From a virus (Duplodnaviria; Caudoviricetes): 30,104 nucleotides of DNA. Numbering within the stretch: position 1 is the stretch's first letter; each line of letters opens with the position of its first letter. Made by a program: the position numbers and the translations under genes. Below the pieces are notes generated by a model. That model worked only from the letters and a program-made list of their open reading frames with translations, had not been told where the DNA came from and searched no databases. The stretch covers positions 1 to 30,104 of the IMG/VR virus record IMGVR_UViG_3300037048_000168; one strand, given 5' to 3'. This document shows, one piece after another, positions 7,788 to 16,385 of the stretch.

Positions 7788-9965
7788 ATGACTCGCCATC
7801 TGGTTTCGCTGCTAATAGCCGCTTTGTTAATCTGCGCGCCGCTGGCTCCGGAGGGGCAATCCTATCCCGGAATTTATACTAATTCAGGCGGCGGGGGTCA
7901 TTGGGGGGATATCACCAATAAACCTGAAATTTGGGTCGGCGATGCGCTCTACGGGGCGACGCTGCAAACCGCCATTACCGCCATCGGGGCGACGGCGGCT
8001 ACCCTGCATATTCCGGCCGGGACGCACAGCATCGCCGCTGACCTGACCATCCCGGCCAACGTCACTTTGAGGCCGGAGCGGGGGGCCACCCTCGCCATTG
8101 CCACCACCAAGACCCTCACCATTAACGGCGGATTTGAGGCGGGGCTGTATCCGGTGATCACCTGCACCGGTACGGGAACGGTGGTCTTCGGCGACAGAGT
8201 GCCCGTAGTCTTTCCCCAATGGTTCGGAGCGGTGGGTGACAATTCCACCGATGACTCTGCGGCTATCAACCTGGCGGCGGCTGTGGCCCGGGGGTCGGCG
8301 TCTAAAAGGCTGGCGCTGCCGGCCTGCACCGGCTACAATGCGGCCTCGCAACTCGATCTACAACAATTACATATCGAGGGCAAGGCGACGGTCTCGAGTT
8401 CCTATGATGGCCATGCAGTATTGATCGGGAACGGCTCCAGGCTGGACATTGAACTTTCAGTTACCCGCAGCCCCGCCATCAGGACTGCCGGCACCAGTGG
8501 CATCTGGGTGTCGCAGTTAAATTATTCCACCCTGACCCTGGCTTCAAGTAATAGCTATATCGGCATAAAGTTCGAGGCCGGTACGGGCGCCATGGCTTAC
8601 AACACCATCACGTTGAAGAATTTGCATTATAACAATACCGGCCTGATGGTGCATGTCCCTGCCGGGGTGACTGGCTGGGCTAACGAAAACCTGGTTATCG
8701 GGGGTAGTTTTGGGGGGGCGGTAACCGGTGGCCTAAGCGCGGTTACCCTTCTCGGAGAAGGAACCAACGCGATTAACAAATGGTCCTTTATAAAGCCGAG
8801 CTTTGAGATTTCGGAAGGGACCGCGGTCATTACCACCAAGGCCCAAAATTGTCAGTTTCGCGACGTGCGCCGGGAAATGGGGGATGCCCTGGCAGTCGCT
8901 ACGTTTAATGACCGCAGCTATAACAACGTAATCTCCCTGGGATCATCTGATCGGTACTTCTTTTGGAACTATCAGACTGGCGGTTCATACGGAGCGCCTG
9001 GGTGTGACGTTAGGATGGAGGTGGATTCGCCGCCATTCCGGTTGACCGATTTTGCCAGTTTTAACAGCGCCTACCACGACGGCACTTATCTGCACGCGCC
9101 TGGGTTTCAACTAATTGACCCTTCTACCGGAGTAGTATCCCGCAAACTCAACACCACTAATTTAAAACTGATTGACGGCTTTGGGGGGGCGGCATTGGTG
9201 GGCACAGGTGACTCCTATGATAATATAGGTATCACAGTTAATTTTAAGAGAGACGTTGTTAATGGTTATCTAAGTCACACCAAAAAACTTTATGTCAAGG
9301 GTAGAACCTTGGATAAAGATCAAGAGCCTACTGTTTGGGTTAAGTGCTATGACTCCGCCGGTAACGTCCTCAGCGGAACTACACCGGCGTATGTGCAGGG
9401 GAATAGATGGACGGCTGTCAGCACCTTTTACAAAATCTATGCTTCGAGTCCAGCAACTAACGCTCTTTCATTCCATAAGGATGTCGCTAAGGCTCTAATC
9501 GGTGTAGCAGGCAGCGGGAATAAATTAACGGGCCTGGAAATCTACTCTCCTTACCAGGCTGACGGCTATTTGGACTATACCGGCCCGAAGGAGCTCCCTG
9601 GGGCCCTGTATGCGGCCAACGCCCCGACTAAATGGCATTTCCAGGTGGGGGACAGGGTGCTGAACGATGCCACGGCCTCTGGACAGCCCCAGGGCTGGAC
9701 CTGTACCAAACGCACCAGCACCACCCTCACGGCGGACGGCAGCGGGGGAGATTTAACGATAACGGTTGCCAGCATCACCGGCATCGCCAGTGGCGACATT
9801 ATTGGAGTCAAACTCAACACCGGGCAATATCATTTCACTACGGTCAACGGCGCCCCTGCGGGTAACACCGTAACCCTTACCGCCGCCCTGCCCGGAAGCG
9901 GGGTTGTGGCCACCTCTGGCAATGCGGTGGTGGCTAATCTGTGGACGGCGATGCCGAATTTGTAG
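7788..9965 (+). CDS. Tailspike / beta-helix depolymerase-like protein with predicted signal peptide
   Basis: PQWFGAVGDNSTDDSAAIN pectate-lyase-like entry motif, Asn/Gly-rich beta-helix, C-terminal VGDRVLN...GWTCT domain; paralogous to the 28150 tail fibre. Confidence 0.85.
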   Translation: MTRHLVSLLIAALLICAPLAPEGQSYPGIYTNSGGGGHWGDITNKPEIWVGDALYGATLQTAITAIGATAATLHIPAGTHSIAADLTIPANVTLRPERGATLAIATTKTLTINGGFEAGLYPVITCTGTGTVVFGDRVPVVFPQWFGAVGDNSTDDSAAINLAAAVARGSASKRLALPACTGYNAASQLDLQQLHIEGKATVSSSYDGHAVLIGNGSRLDIELSVTRSPAIRTAGTSGIWVSQLNYSTLTLASSNSYIGIKFEAGTGAMAYNTITLKNLHYNNTGLMVHVPAGVTGWANENLVIGGSFGGAVTGGLSAVTLLGEGTNAINKWSFIKPSFEISEGTAVITTKAQNCQFRDVRREMGDALAVATFNDRSYNNVISLGSSDRYFFWNYQTGGSYGAPGCDVRMEVDSPPFRLTDFASFNSAYHDGTYLHAPGFQLIDPSTGVVSRKLNTTNLKLIDGFGGAALVGTGDSYDNIGITVNFKRDVVNGYLSHTKKLYVKGRTLDKDQEPTVWVKCYDSAGNVLSGTTPAYVQGNRWTAVSTFYKIYASSPATNALSFHKDVAKALIGVAGSGNKLTGLEIYSPYQADGYLDYTGPKELPGALYAANAPTKWHFQVGDRVLNDATASGQPQGWTCTKRTSTTLTADGSGGDLTITVASITGIASGDIIGVKLNTGQYHFTTVNGAPAGNTVTLTAALPGSGVVATSGNAVVANLWTAMPNL
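8162..9326 (+). repeat. Long imperfect direct repeat, copy 1 (tailspike body)
   Basis: Aligns by eye with 28929-30102, starting CTGCACCGGTACGGGAACGGTGGTCTTCGGCGACAGAGT. Confidence 0.95.
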
Positions 9966-9990
9966 GGGAGAGGTTTTAAAGAGTGAAATT

Positions 9991-10635
9991 ATGATGCGGC
10001 GAATACAAAATATCCGCAAGGAAACCATCTTTGAAAACCCCGAGACTCAGCAGTCTTACCGGCGGGTGGTGGGGGCAATGGGGTGGCCTTGGGAGCCACG
10101 ACCTGGATTTCTGGTGGTGCTGGGGGAACAATACCTGGTGGATCAGGGGTTGAAAGGGCGTCCCCTGGAGGTTCTGGCGGAGCGGGAAGTTGAGAGTATC
10201 CCGGCCCTGCATCAGGGCTGTTTGGAACTCAGGAAGCAATGGTGCTGTGATATCTGGCTGGCCGACCTTCAGCAGAAAGAAGCGGTGAGGCTGTTTCGGC
10301 AGATCAACCGGGGGCTGAATGACCGCCGGAACGATATCGAGCCGGTGCAGTTGCATACCGCGCCGTATAGTCATGGGGCCGGACAGTTGCAGGTGTTGTT
10401 TCAGATGCTGGGGATGGTGCAAAGCCCGGATCACAAGCTGCTGTCCTACGGGCCGGATAGCAAGCTGCCCCGATATGCCCAGGGCCTTGACTCTAAGGAC
10501 CTTAAAGAGAAAGCCGGGAAGTTCCCGGCATTGGCGGCCCTGGCTTATGCGGTGGCCGAAATGATCCTTCGGGAGCCGTGGTCAGGCAAAGAACCAAGCC
10601 AGCAGGTGGTCACAGATTGGGACTGCTACGCATAG
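9991..10635 (+). CDS. Hypothetical protein resembling a degenerate terminase RNase H-like nuclease domain
   Basis: The pattern VVGAMGWP...GFLVVLG...LEVLAE...IWLAD...ALAALAYAV parallels GxDWG...VxxE...ADxA...DALRYA. Confidence 0.6.
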   Translation: MMRRIQNIRKETIFENPETQQSYRRVVGAMGWPWEPRPGFLVVLGEQYLVDQGLKGRPLEVLAEREVESIPALHQGCLELRKQWCCDIWLADLQQKEAVRLFRQINRGLNDRRNDIEPVQLHTAPYSHGAGQLQVLFQMLGMVQSPDHKLLSYGPDSKLPRYAQGLDSKDLKEKAGKFPALAALAYAVAEMILREPWSGKEPSQQVVTDWDCYA

Positions 10636-10647
10636 AGGGAGGGAGAC

Positions 10648-10872
10648 ATGGGAGGATTTGCCAGAGCTATTTTCGGCAAGCCGAAGGTTCCGAGTATGCC
10701 ATTGCCGCAGCTTCCAGTGGCGCCACCGGATATGAGCGCCGCCAGGGCGGAGGCGGAGAAGAAACGCCGGGCGGCGGCCCTGGCTAAAGGCGCAGCTTCG
10801 ACCCTTTTAACCGGAGGGCAGGGATTATTAGAGGATGCCCCGGTGCTGCGCCATCAACTTATGGGACAATGA
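10648..10872 (+). CDS. Small pre-portal virion/assembly protein
   Basis: GGAGG RBS; MGG...Pro-rich...GAASTLLTGGQG...LMGQ pattern typical of the gene before the portal in T7/BPP-1-like podoviruses. Confidence 0.8.
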   Translation: MGGFARAIFGKPKVPSMPLPQLPVAPPDMSAARAEAEKKRRAAALAKGAASTLLTGGQGLLEDAPVLRHQLMGQ

Positions 10873-10873
10873 G

Positions 10874-12538
10874 ATGCCAGCCAACCTCGAAGACCTGAAA
10901 TATCAATTAAGCCAGATGGCGTCGGACCGCTACGGTTTTGAACCGCACTGGCAGGAGGTCATTGATTACATCCTGTGGTTCCGGCAAAACATCGTAGCCA
11001 ACGGCCCGGCCGGGGCCAAGAAGATGTCCAGGATCAATGACGGCACTCCCACTTATTACGCCATGTTGTTCGGGGCCGGGTTCAGCGCCAAGAACGTCAA
11101 CCCCGCCATGCCCTGGTTTTCCATGCAGGCAGAAGATGATTATCTGAAGGATAACCGAGATGTGCGCCTGTGGCTGGATATGGTGGAAAAGATCTTTTAT
11201 AACACCTTCCGCAAGTCGAATTTCTACACCACCGACAAAGAGGGGACCATTGATTGGGCGATTATGGGGACTAACCCCATGTTCGTGGGCCCGCACCAGA
11301 AATGGGGCTGCCACTACCAGAACGTCAACCTGGGCGAGACCTACCTGGCAGCGGACCAGTTCGGCCAGATTGACACCCTGTTCAGAAAATTCGAGTTTAC
11401 CGCCAAGCAGGTGGTTCAGCAATGGGGAGAAGCTAAAGTCAGCGGCAAGGTTAAGGGTTTCATCAAGGCCAATAAGCTGACCGAGAAGGTGGTGGTGGTA
11501 CATGCGGTGCAACCCCGCCTAGACCGGGATACGCGAAAAGTTGACAACAAAAATCTGCCCTGGACCTCAGTTTATTTTGAACATGATGAGCCCCATTTGT
11601 TAGAAGAAGGGGGCTATCCGGAATTTCCCTACTGCGTTGCCCGGTACGTGGTGATGAAACCGGAGCTTTACGGGCGGGGCCTGGGGATGATGGCCCTGCC
11701 GGATAGCAAGGAACTCCAGATACGGACCCGGGACACCACCAAGGCGGGGCAGTTGCAATTGTCGCCGCCGGTGCTCCTGGCCGATGACGGGTTCGCCGGG
11801 ACGCCCATCAAGCGTATCCCCGGGGGCTACACCTTCGTTCGCAGTGAAGGGCGCATGCAGGATAAAATCGGGGTATTTCCCACCGCCGGGAACCTGGTCT
11901 GGTCGGAACAGAGCATGGACGGCCTGCGGCATCGGATCGGCCAGACGTTTTACGCCGATTTGATGAGCGTCGCCATGGATAAGAAGGTGACCCTGGGCGA
12001 ATTTATGGAGGTAGCCCAGGAAAAGATGCAGTTTTTGGGCGACGCCCTGGTGCGCCTGCAAGATGAGCGGTATAAACCGCTGTTCGACCGGACCTTTCAC
12101 ATTCTCTGGGAAGCGGGCAAGCTGCCGCCGCCGCCCCGGGAACTGATCGGCGAGGACGGCTGGCTGAAATTCAAGGTGGAATATATCTCGCCCATGGCCC
12201 GAGCCCAGAAGCAGGCGGAAAGCCAGGGGATTATTCAGGCGACCGGGTTTTTAGGGCAGGCGGCCCAGGCCAAGCCCGATATTATGGACATCCTGGATTG
12301 GGACGGCTCAGGGCGGACGGTGCTGGAGAATTACGGGGTGCCCACCAAACTGATCATCGATCCCAAGGTGGTGGAACAGATCCGGGCGGCCCGGGCCCAG
12401 CAGGCCAAAAAGCAGCAGGTTGCGGCTATGGCCCTGGAGGCCACCAAGACCATGCCGGCCCTTTCCAAAGGACCCGAGCCGGGGTCCCCGATGGATGAGA
12501 TCGGTCAGGCCTTGCAGCAGGGAGCGGGGAATGCGTAG
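10874..12538 (+). CDS. Portal protein (head-tail connector, T7 gp8 / Bbp21-like)
   Basis: 554 aa; GGYPEFPYCVARY...YGRGLGMMALPD and VEYISPMARAQK motifs. Confidence 0.93.
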   Translation: MPANLEDLKYQLSQMASDRYGFEPHWQEVIDYILWFRQNIVANGPAGAKKMSRINDGTPTYYAMLFGAGFSAKNVNPAMPWFSMQAEDDYLKDNRDVRLWLDMVEKIFYNTFRKSNFYTTDKEGTIDWAIMGTNPMFVGPHQKWGCHYQNVNLGETYLAADQFGQIDTLFRKFEFTAKQVVQQWGEAKVSGKVKGFIKANKLTEKVVVVHAVQPRLDRDTRKVDNKNLPWTSVYFEHDEPHLLEEGGYPEFPYCVARYVVMKPELYGRGLGMMALPDSKELQIRTRDTTKAGQLQLSPPVLLADDGFAGTPIKRIPGGYTFVRSEGRMQDKIGVFPTAGNLVWSEQSMDGLRHRIGQTFYADLMSVAMDKKVTLGEFMEVAQEKMQFLGDALVRLQDERYKPLFDRTFHILWEAGKLPPPPRELIGEDGWLKFKVEYISPMARAQKQAESQGIIQATGFLGQAAQAKPDIMDILDWDGSGRTVLENYGVPTKLIIDPKVVEQIRAARAQQAKKQQVAAMALEATKTMPALSKGPEPGSPMDEIGQALQQGAGNA

Positions 12539-12576
12539 AAGCAGTAGTCAGTAGTCAGTAAAAAAGGGCGACAAAC

Positions 12577-12804
12577 ATGACTGAAGTTTCGAAAGTCTCT
12601 GATCTGGAATTAGCCTACCGCGGGACGCCAATGGCGGTCCGGGAGGACCTGTTGAGGTTCTGCGGAGTGTGGTCGCCAAACCTGTCGGTTGACCCCCTGG
12701 AGATGGCCAGGAATGAAGGCCGCCGCCTGGTGGGCCTGTATATTTTGCAGATGTTAGGAGAAGTTACCTTACCAAAGGAGACCTTATGTCAGAAGAAGCG
12801 GTAA
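12577..12804 (+). CDS. Bbp19-like small protein
   Basis: DLLRFC...MARNEGRRLVGLYILQML; position between portal and scaffold. Confidence 0.75.
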   Translation: MTEVSKVSDLELAYRGTPMAVREDLLRFCGVWSPNLSVDPLEMARNEGRRLVGLYILQMLGEVTLPKETLCQKKR

Positions 12805-13613
12805 CCAGCCCCGGGACCGAGGCCGGGATTACTGGCGGTGAAGAGCGGAGTTGGCAGGAAACCTTTCTGTCGGGGGATGAATTTGCCGATCTCAGGGGGA
12901 ATGAGAGCCTGACGACCATCCCAGACGTGCGGACTCTGGCTAAGGCGTTTGTCGATACGAAGGCCATGGTAGGCCGCAAGGGCGTGATCCTGCCCAAGGA
13001 GGACGCCGCCCCGGAGGAATGGGAACAATTCTACACGCAATTAGGGCGCCCGGCGACTCCGGAGGCCTACGTCCTCAAGCCCGAGGGGCTGCCGGAGGGT
13101 TTCCCCTATATGGCGGAATTGGAGACCAGTTTCCGGCAGCTAGCGTTTCAGGCGGGATTGACGCCGGCGGCTACGAAGATCATCTATGACGGCTACAACA
13201 AATTCGCCCTGGAGCAGGCGCAAAATAGCCAGCGGGAATTAAAAGCCGAAATGGAGGAGATCCAGGCCGGTTTGCAGAAAGAATGGGGCGTAAAGTATGA
13301 GGAGAATATAGCGCTCGCCAGAAAAGCTATGAACCAGTGGGCGCCCCCCGGATCACCGGAACTGCTGGCCTTGGACCGATCCATCGGAGAGTCCCCGGTC
13401 CTGGTGAAGTTTTTCTATAACCTCGGAAAGTCCATGGGCGAAGGAGAATTTATTGCCGGGGGCTACACGGCGAACGCCAGCCTGGAAGCCAAGCGCCAGG
13501 AATTGATGCGGCACCCGGCTTATGTGGATGAAAAGCACCCGGAGCACAAGGTTATCGTGGACCAGGTAATCAAAATTTATCAGGAGATGCACCCGGAGCA
13601 GCAGGAGCAGTAG
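12786..13613 (+). CDS. Capsid scaffolding / assembly protein
   Basis: Acidic; FYTQLGRPATPEAY, LQKEWG and HPEHK motifs; precedes the capsid gene. Confidence 0.85.
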   Translation: MSEEAVTSPGTEAGITGGEERSWQETFLSGDEFADLRGNESLTTIPDVRTLAKAFVDTKAMVGRKGVILPKEDAAPEEWEQFYTQLGRPATPEAYVLKPEGLPEGFPYMAELETSFRQLAFQAGLTPAATKIIYDGYNKFALEQAQNSQRELKAEMEEIQAGLQKEWGVKYEENIALARKAMNQWAPPGSPELLALDRSIGESPVLVKFFYNLGKSMGEGEFIAGGYTANASLEAKRQELMRHPAYVDEKHPEHKVIVDQVIKIYQEMHPEQQEQ

Positions 13614-13614
13614 G

Positions 13615-13775
13615 CGGGAGTACCCTATCCAGGGCCCCGAGTATGGCGCCATCAGCACCAGCGGATTACCTCGCAAGAGGCCCGGAAAGCTCTTAGCCGC
13701 TTGAGCGGCTGGCAGTGCCCCCGGCCCCGCCAGGATGGGCGGATTAGCCGAAATTACCTACAAATTTCGGAGGTT
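13615..13775 (+). promoter_or_regulatory. Structured leader of the capsid gene (candidate cis-regulatory RNA)
   Basis: Five hairpins; three share a G-ANUA / C asymmetric internal loop; the last hairpin overlaps the GGAGG RBS. Confidence 0.6.
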
Positions 13776-13783
13776 CGCCTATC

Positions 13784-14674
13784 ATGGCTGATCAAATCAC
13801 CACCGCATTTGTCCGGCAGTTCTCGGATAACTTCAAGCTCACGGCCCAGCAATTAGAGACCGATTTGCGGGCCATCGTCACCGTTGAAACCAACATCAAA
13901 GACAAGAAATATATGGATTATATCGGCGCGGCCGGGGACCCGCAGCCGCAGTTGGAACTAGTGCAGGACCGGCTCCTGACCGAGATCCCGCACTCCCGGC
14001 GCCTGATCATCACCCTGCCGTATGAAAAGACGGTGCCCATCCCCAAGGCGGCGGAACTGCGGATGCTGGCCGATCCCGCCAACCCCTATCAGGTGGCCAT
14101 CAAGGCGTCTTTTGAGCGGTTCATCGAACGGAAATTGCTGGCCGCGGCCATCGGCAATTCCATCGGAGTGTCCACCGCCGAACTGACCGAAACGGTTATC
14201 CCTCTGCCGAATACCCAAAAGATTACGGAATCCGGCACCCTGGGCATGACCGCCGGTAAGATCATCGCCGCCCTGACCCGGTTCAACCTGAATCACCGGG
14301 GAAAATCGGAAAAACACCTGCGGTTGAGCGCCCAGGCCATCGAGGAACTGCTGCTGGACCTTGATGTGACTTACCCGCAGCAGCAGGCCCTGGAGATGGT
14401 GCGCACCGGCGAGCTTCAGTCGCTGTGGGGCTTCAAGGTGGGAATGTCCACGGAGTTGCCCAGGACCACGGCTGAGGGCATTGCAGGTATCCGGTCCAAT
14501 GTCGCCTGGTGCAAGGAAGGCCTGGGCCTGGGGTTCAACCAGGATTTCAACGCGACCATTGAGCCCCGGTATGACAAGGTGAATCTGCGGCAGATCGCCG
14601 CGTCGATTGATTTCGGCGTGACCCGTTTGCAGGAGACCGACGTTTTCGAGATCCAGGCTTACGAGACCTATTAA
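13784..14674 (+). CDS. Major capsid protein
   Basis: MADQITTAFVRQF N-terminus, LWGFK and FGVTRLQE motifs typical of this podovirus capsid family; 296 aa; GGAGG RBS. Confidence 0.92.
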   Translation: MADQITTAFVRQFSDNFKLTAQQLETDLRAIVTVETNIKDKKYMDYIGAAGDPQPQLELVQDRLLTEIPHSRRLIITLPYEKTVPIPKAAELRMLADPANPYQVAIKASFERFIERKLLAAAIGNSIGVSTAELTETVIPLPNTQKITESGTLGMTAGKIIAALTRFNLNHRGKSEKHLRLSAQAIEELLLDLDVTYPQQQALEMVRTGELQSLWGFKVGMSTELPRTTAEGIAGIRSNVAWCKEGLGLGFNQDFNATIEPRYDKVNLRQIAASIDFGVTRLQETDVFEIQAYETY

Positions 14675-14725
14675 CCGCAGGGCCAGCGGGGACGCCGGCC
14701 TTATTTAACGTAAGGAGAAAGAATT

Positions 14726-15154
14726 ATGTCACTCGTTAACAGCATCGGCGCCGCCCTGGTGGCGGCTGGGAAGTTTGTGGGCCGGTTCACTTGGGGCGCA
14801 CCCAAAGTATCGTACCTGGAGGAATATGAGGCGGTGGCCCTGCCTTCCGGTTCTACCATCACCATGTTTACCCCGAAGAAAGGCGAGAAATACGCCGGGT
14901 CGGGACAACTGGCCTGGGACGACCTGGGCACCGGCGTCACCCTGGCAGTGGGCATTGCCGGGGCCACGGAGAAATTTCTGGCGGCGGCGGATGCGGCCAC
15001 TGCCGCGGACAAGGCGGAACTGGATGCCGGGGCTGCGGCTATCGCCGCCCTGGGCTATGAGTTTGACGGGGCGACTCCGGTGGTCATCACCACGGGCGGC
15101 GCTGAGGCCGCAGGGACCATTAAACTGCGGATGGATTTCTTAGCCTGCAATTAA
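14726..15154 (+). CDS. Probable capsid cement/decoration protein
   Basis: Ala/Gly/Thr-rich, 142 aa, directly after the capsid gene; AAGGAG RBS. Confidence 0.7.
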   Translation: MSLVNSIGAALVAAGKFVGRFTWGAPKVSYLEEYEAVALPSGSTITMFTPKKGEKYAGSGQLAWDDLGTGVTLAVGIAGATEKFLAAADAATAADKAELDAGAAAIAALGYEFDGATPVVITTGGAEAAGTIKLRMDFLACN

Positions 15155-15239
15155 CGGACGGCGGGCGGGGACGCCCGCCCCACTAAAATAGGCTGGGGAG
15201 CAGGCACTGGGGCCACTCCTCGTCAGATAAGGAGAAGCA

Positions 15240-15752
15240 ATGGCGGATCTGGCGGCCACGAACGTGACGATAGCACACATCAGGAGACCGGGGAAGATCC
15301 CGGGGTTTGCCAACCTTGGATTGGTGACCATCTCCTTCGGTAATTCAACCTTGACCGTCCCGGCGGCGGGTATTCCCTTACCCGCCAACCTGAAACTTTT
15401 CGGGATGAGAAAGCTCATTCATTTTATGGCGCTTCAGGGCCCCGTGGGAGATGGCCTGAAGTACGAATACGACCAGGCTAATCACAAGCTGCTCATCCGG
15501 CAGGCCCCGGGGGCTTCCCATACCCATGATCTGAAAGTGATCGGTGCGGCGGCCGGCGGCATTGACGAACCTTTGGGAGTGGAAGGCACTGACACCCTGG
15601 CCAAAGATGCGGCCACCGACCGCACCATCGCCGGTGCGAGCAGTGCCACCAAGGGCGGCGTGGTGGCAGCGGCTGTGGCGGCGGCGGCCCTGGTGGCCTA
15701 TACCGGGGCGATTGCGCCAACGGTGGTGCGGGCCCTGGTTTACGGCGATTAA
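15240..15752 (+). CDS. Putative second head decoration / fibre protein
   Basis: AAGGAG RBS; Ala/Gly-rich; YEYDQANHKL motif. Confidence 0.65.
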   Translation: MADLAATNVTIAHIRRPGKIPGFANLGLVTISFGNSTLTVPAAGIPLPANLKLFGMRKLIHFMALQGPVGDGLKYEYDQANHKLLIRQAPGASHTHDLKVIGAAAGGIDEPLGVEGTDTLAKDAATDRTIAGASSATKGGVVAAAVAAAALVAYTGAIAPTVVRALVYGD

Positions 15753-15770
15753 GCAGGATTAACCTATGCG

Positions 15771-15796
15771 GGGGCCGGGAGGCCGGCCCCATTTTT
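15771..15796 (+). terminator. Intrinsic terminator-like hairpin after the head genes
   Basis: GGGGCCGG-gagg-CCGGCCCC followed by ATTTTT. Confidence 0.55.
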
Positions 15797-15809
15797 GAGG
15801 AAATGCGCC

Positions 15810-16385
15810 ATGGCCGCACAAGTCGATATCGCCAATCTGGCCTTGCTGCGCCTGGGGTCCATGCCCATAGAAAGCATGGATGAGAACTCCAAGCGGGCCA
15901 TCGCCTTGAAAAAGAATTTTGACCTGGTGCGGGATATTGTGTTGCGGGCGCACCCGTGGAATTTCGCCTTAACCCGGGCCACCCTGGCCAGGTTGAGCGC
16001 CGCGCCACTGTTCGGGTTCGCCTATACCTACCAGTTGCCCCCGGACCGGCTGCGGATCTTGGGGATGGTGAACTCCGCCGGCAAACTGGACCCGACCATC
16101 TCCTACAGCATTGAAGGCGACAAACTTTTAACCGATGAGGCCAGCGCCCGGATCAGATATATCCGGAGAGTCACGGAAGCGGGCGGATTTGATGAGGCGT
16201 TTGCCAGCGCCCTGGCGTCCCGCCTGGCGGCCGAAGTCGCCTATCACATCACCGGCGCCGCAGCTATGAAGAAACAGATGATGGACGAATACCAGGCTGA
16301 GTTAATGGCGGCCCGCAGCATTGACGCCCAGGAAAATCCTCCGGAGGTTTTTGAGACCAACGAGTGGATGGACGCGAGGATCTGA
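15810..16385 (+). CDS. Tail tubular protein A (adaptor, T7 gp11-like)
   Basis: IANLALLRLG, LRAHPWNFA and YQLPPD motifs. Confidence 0.9.
   Translation: MAAQVDIANLALLRLGSMPIESMDENSKRAIALKKNFDLVRDIVLRAHPWNFALTRATLARLSAAPLFGFAYTYQLPPDRLRILGMVNSAGKLDPTISYSIEGDKLLTDEASARIRYIRRVTEAGGFDEAFASALASRLAAEVAYHITGAAAMKKQMMDEYQAELMAARSIDAQENPPEVFETNEWMDARI

Noticed and set aside
8712-8718. G7 tract in both tailspike copies as a phase-variation site
   Set aside because: Short, the same length in both copies, and explained by Gly-Gly-Ala codons.
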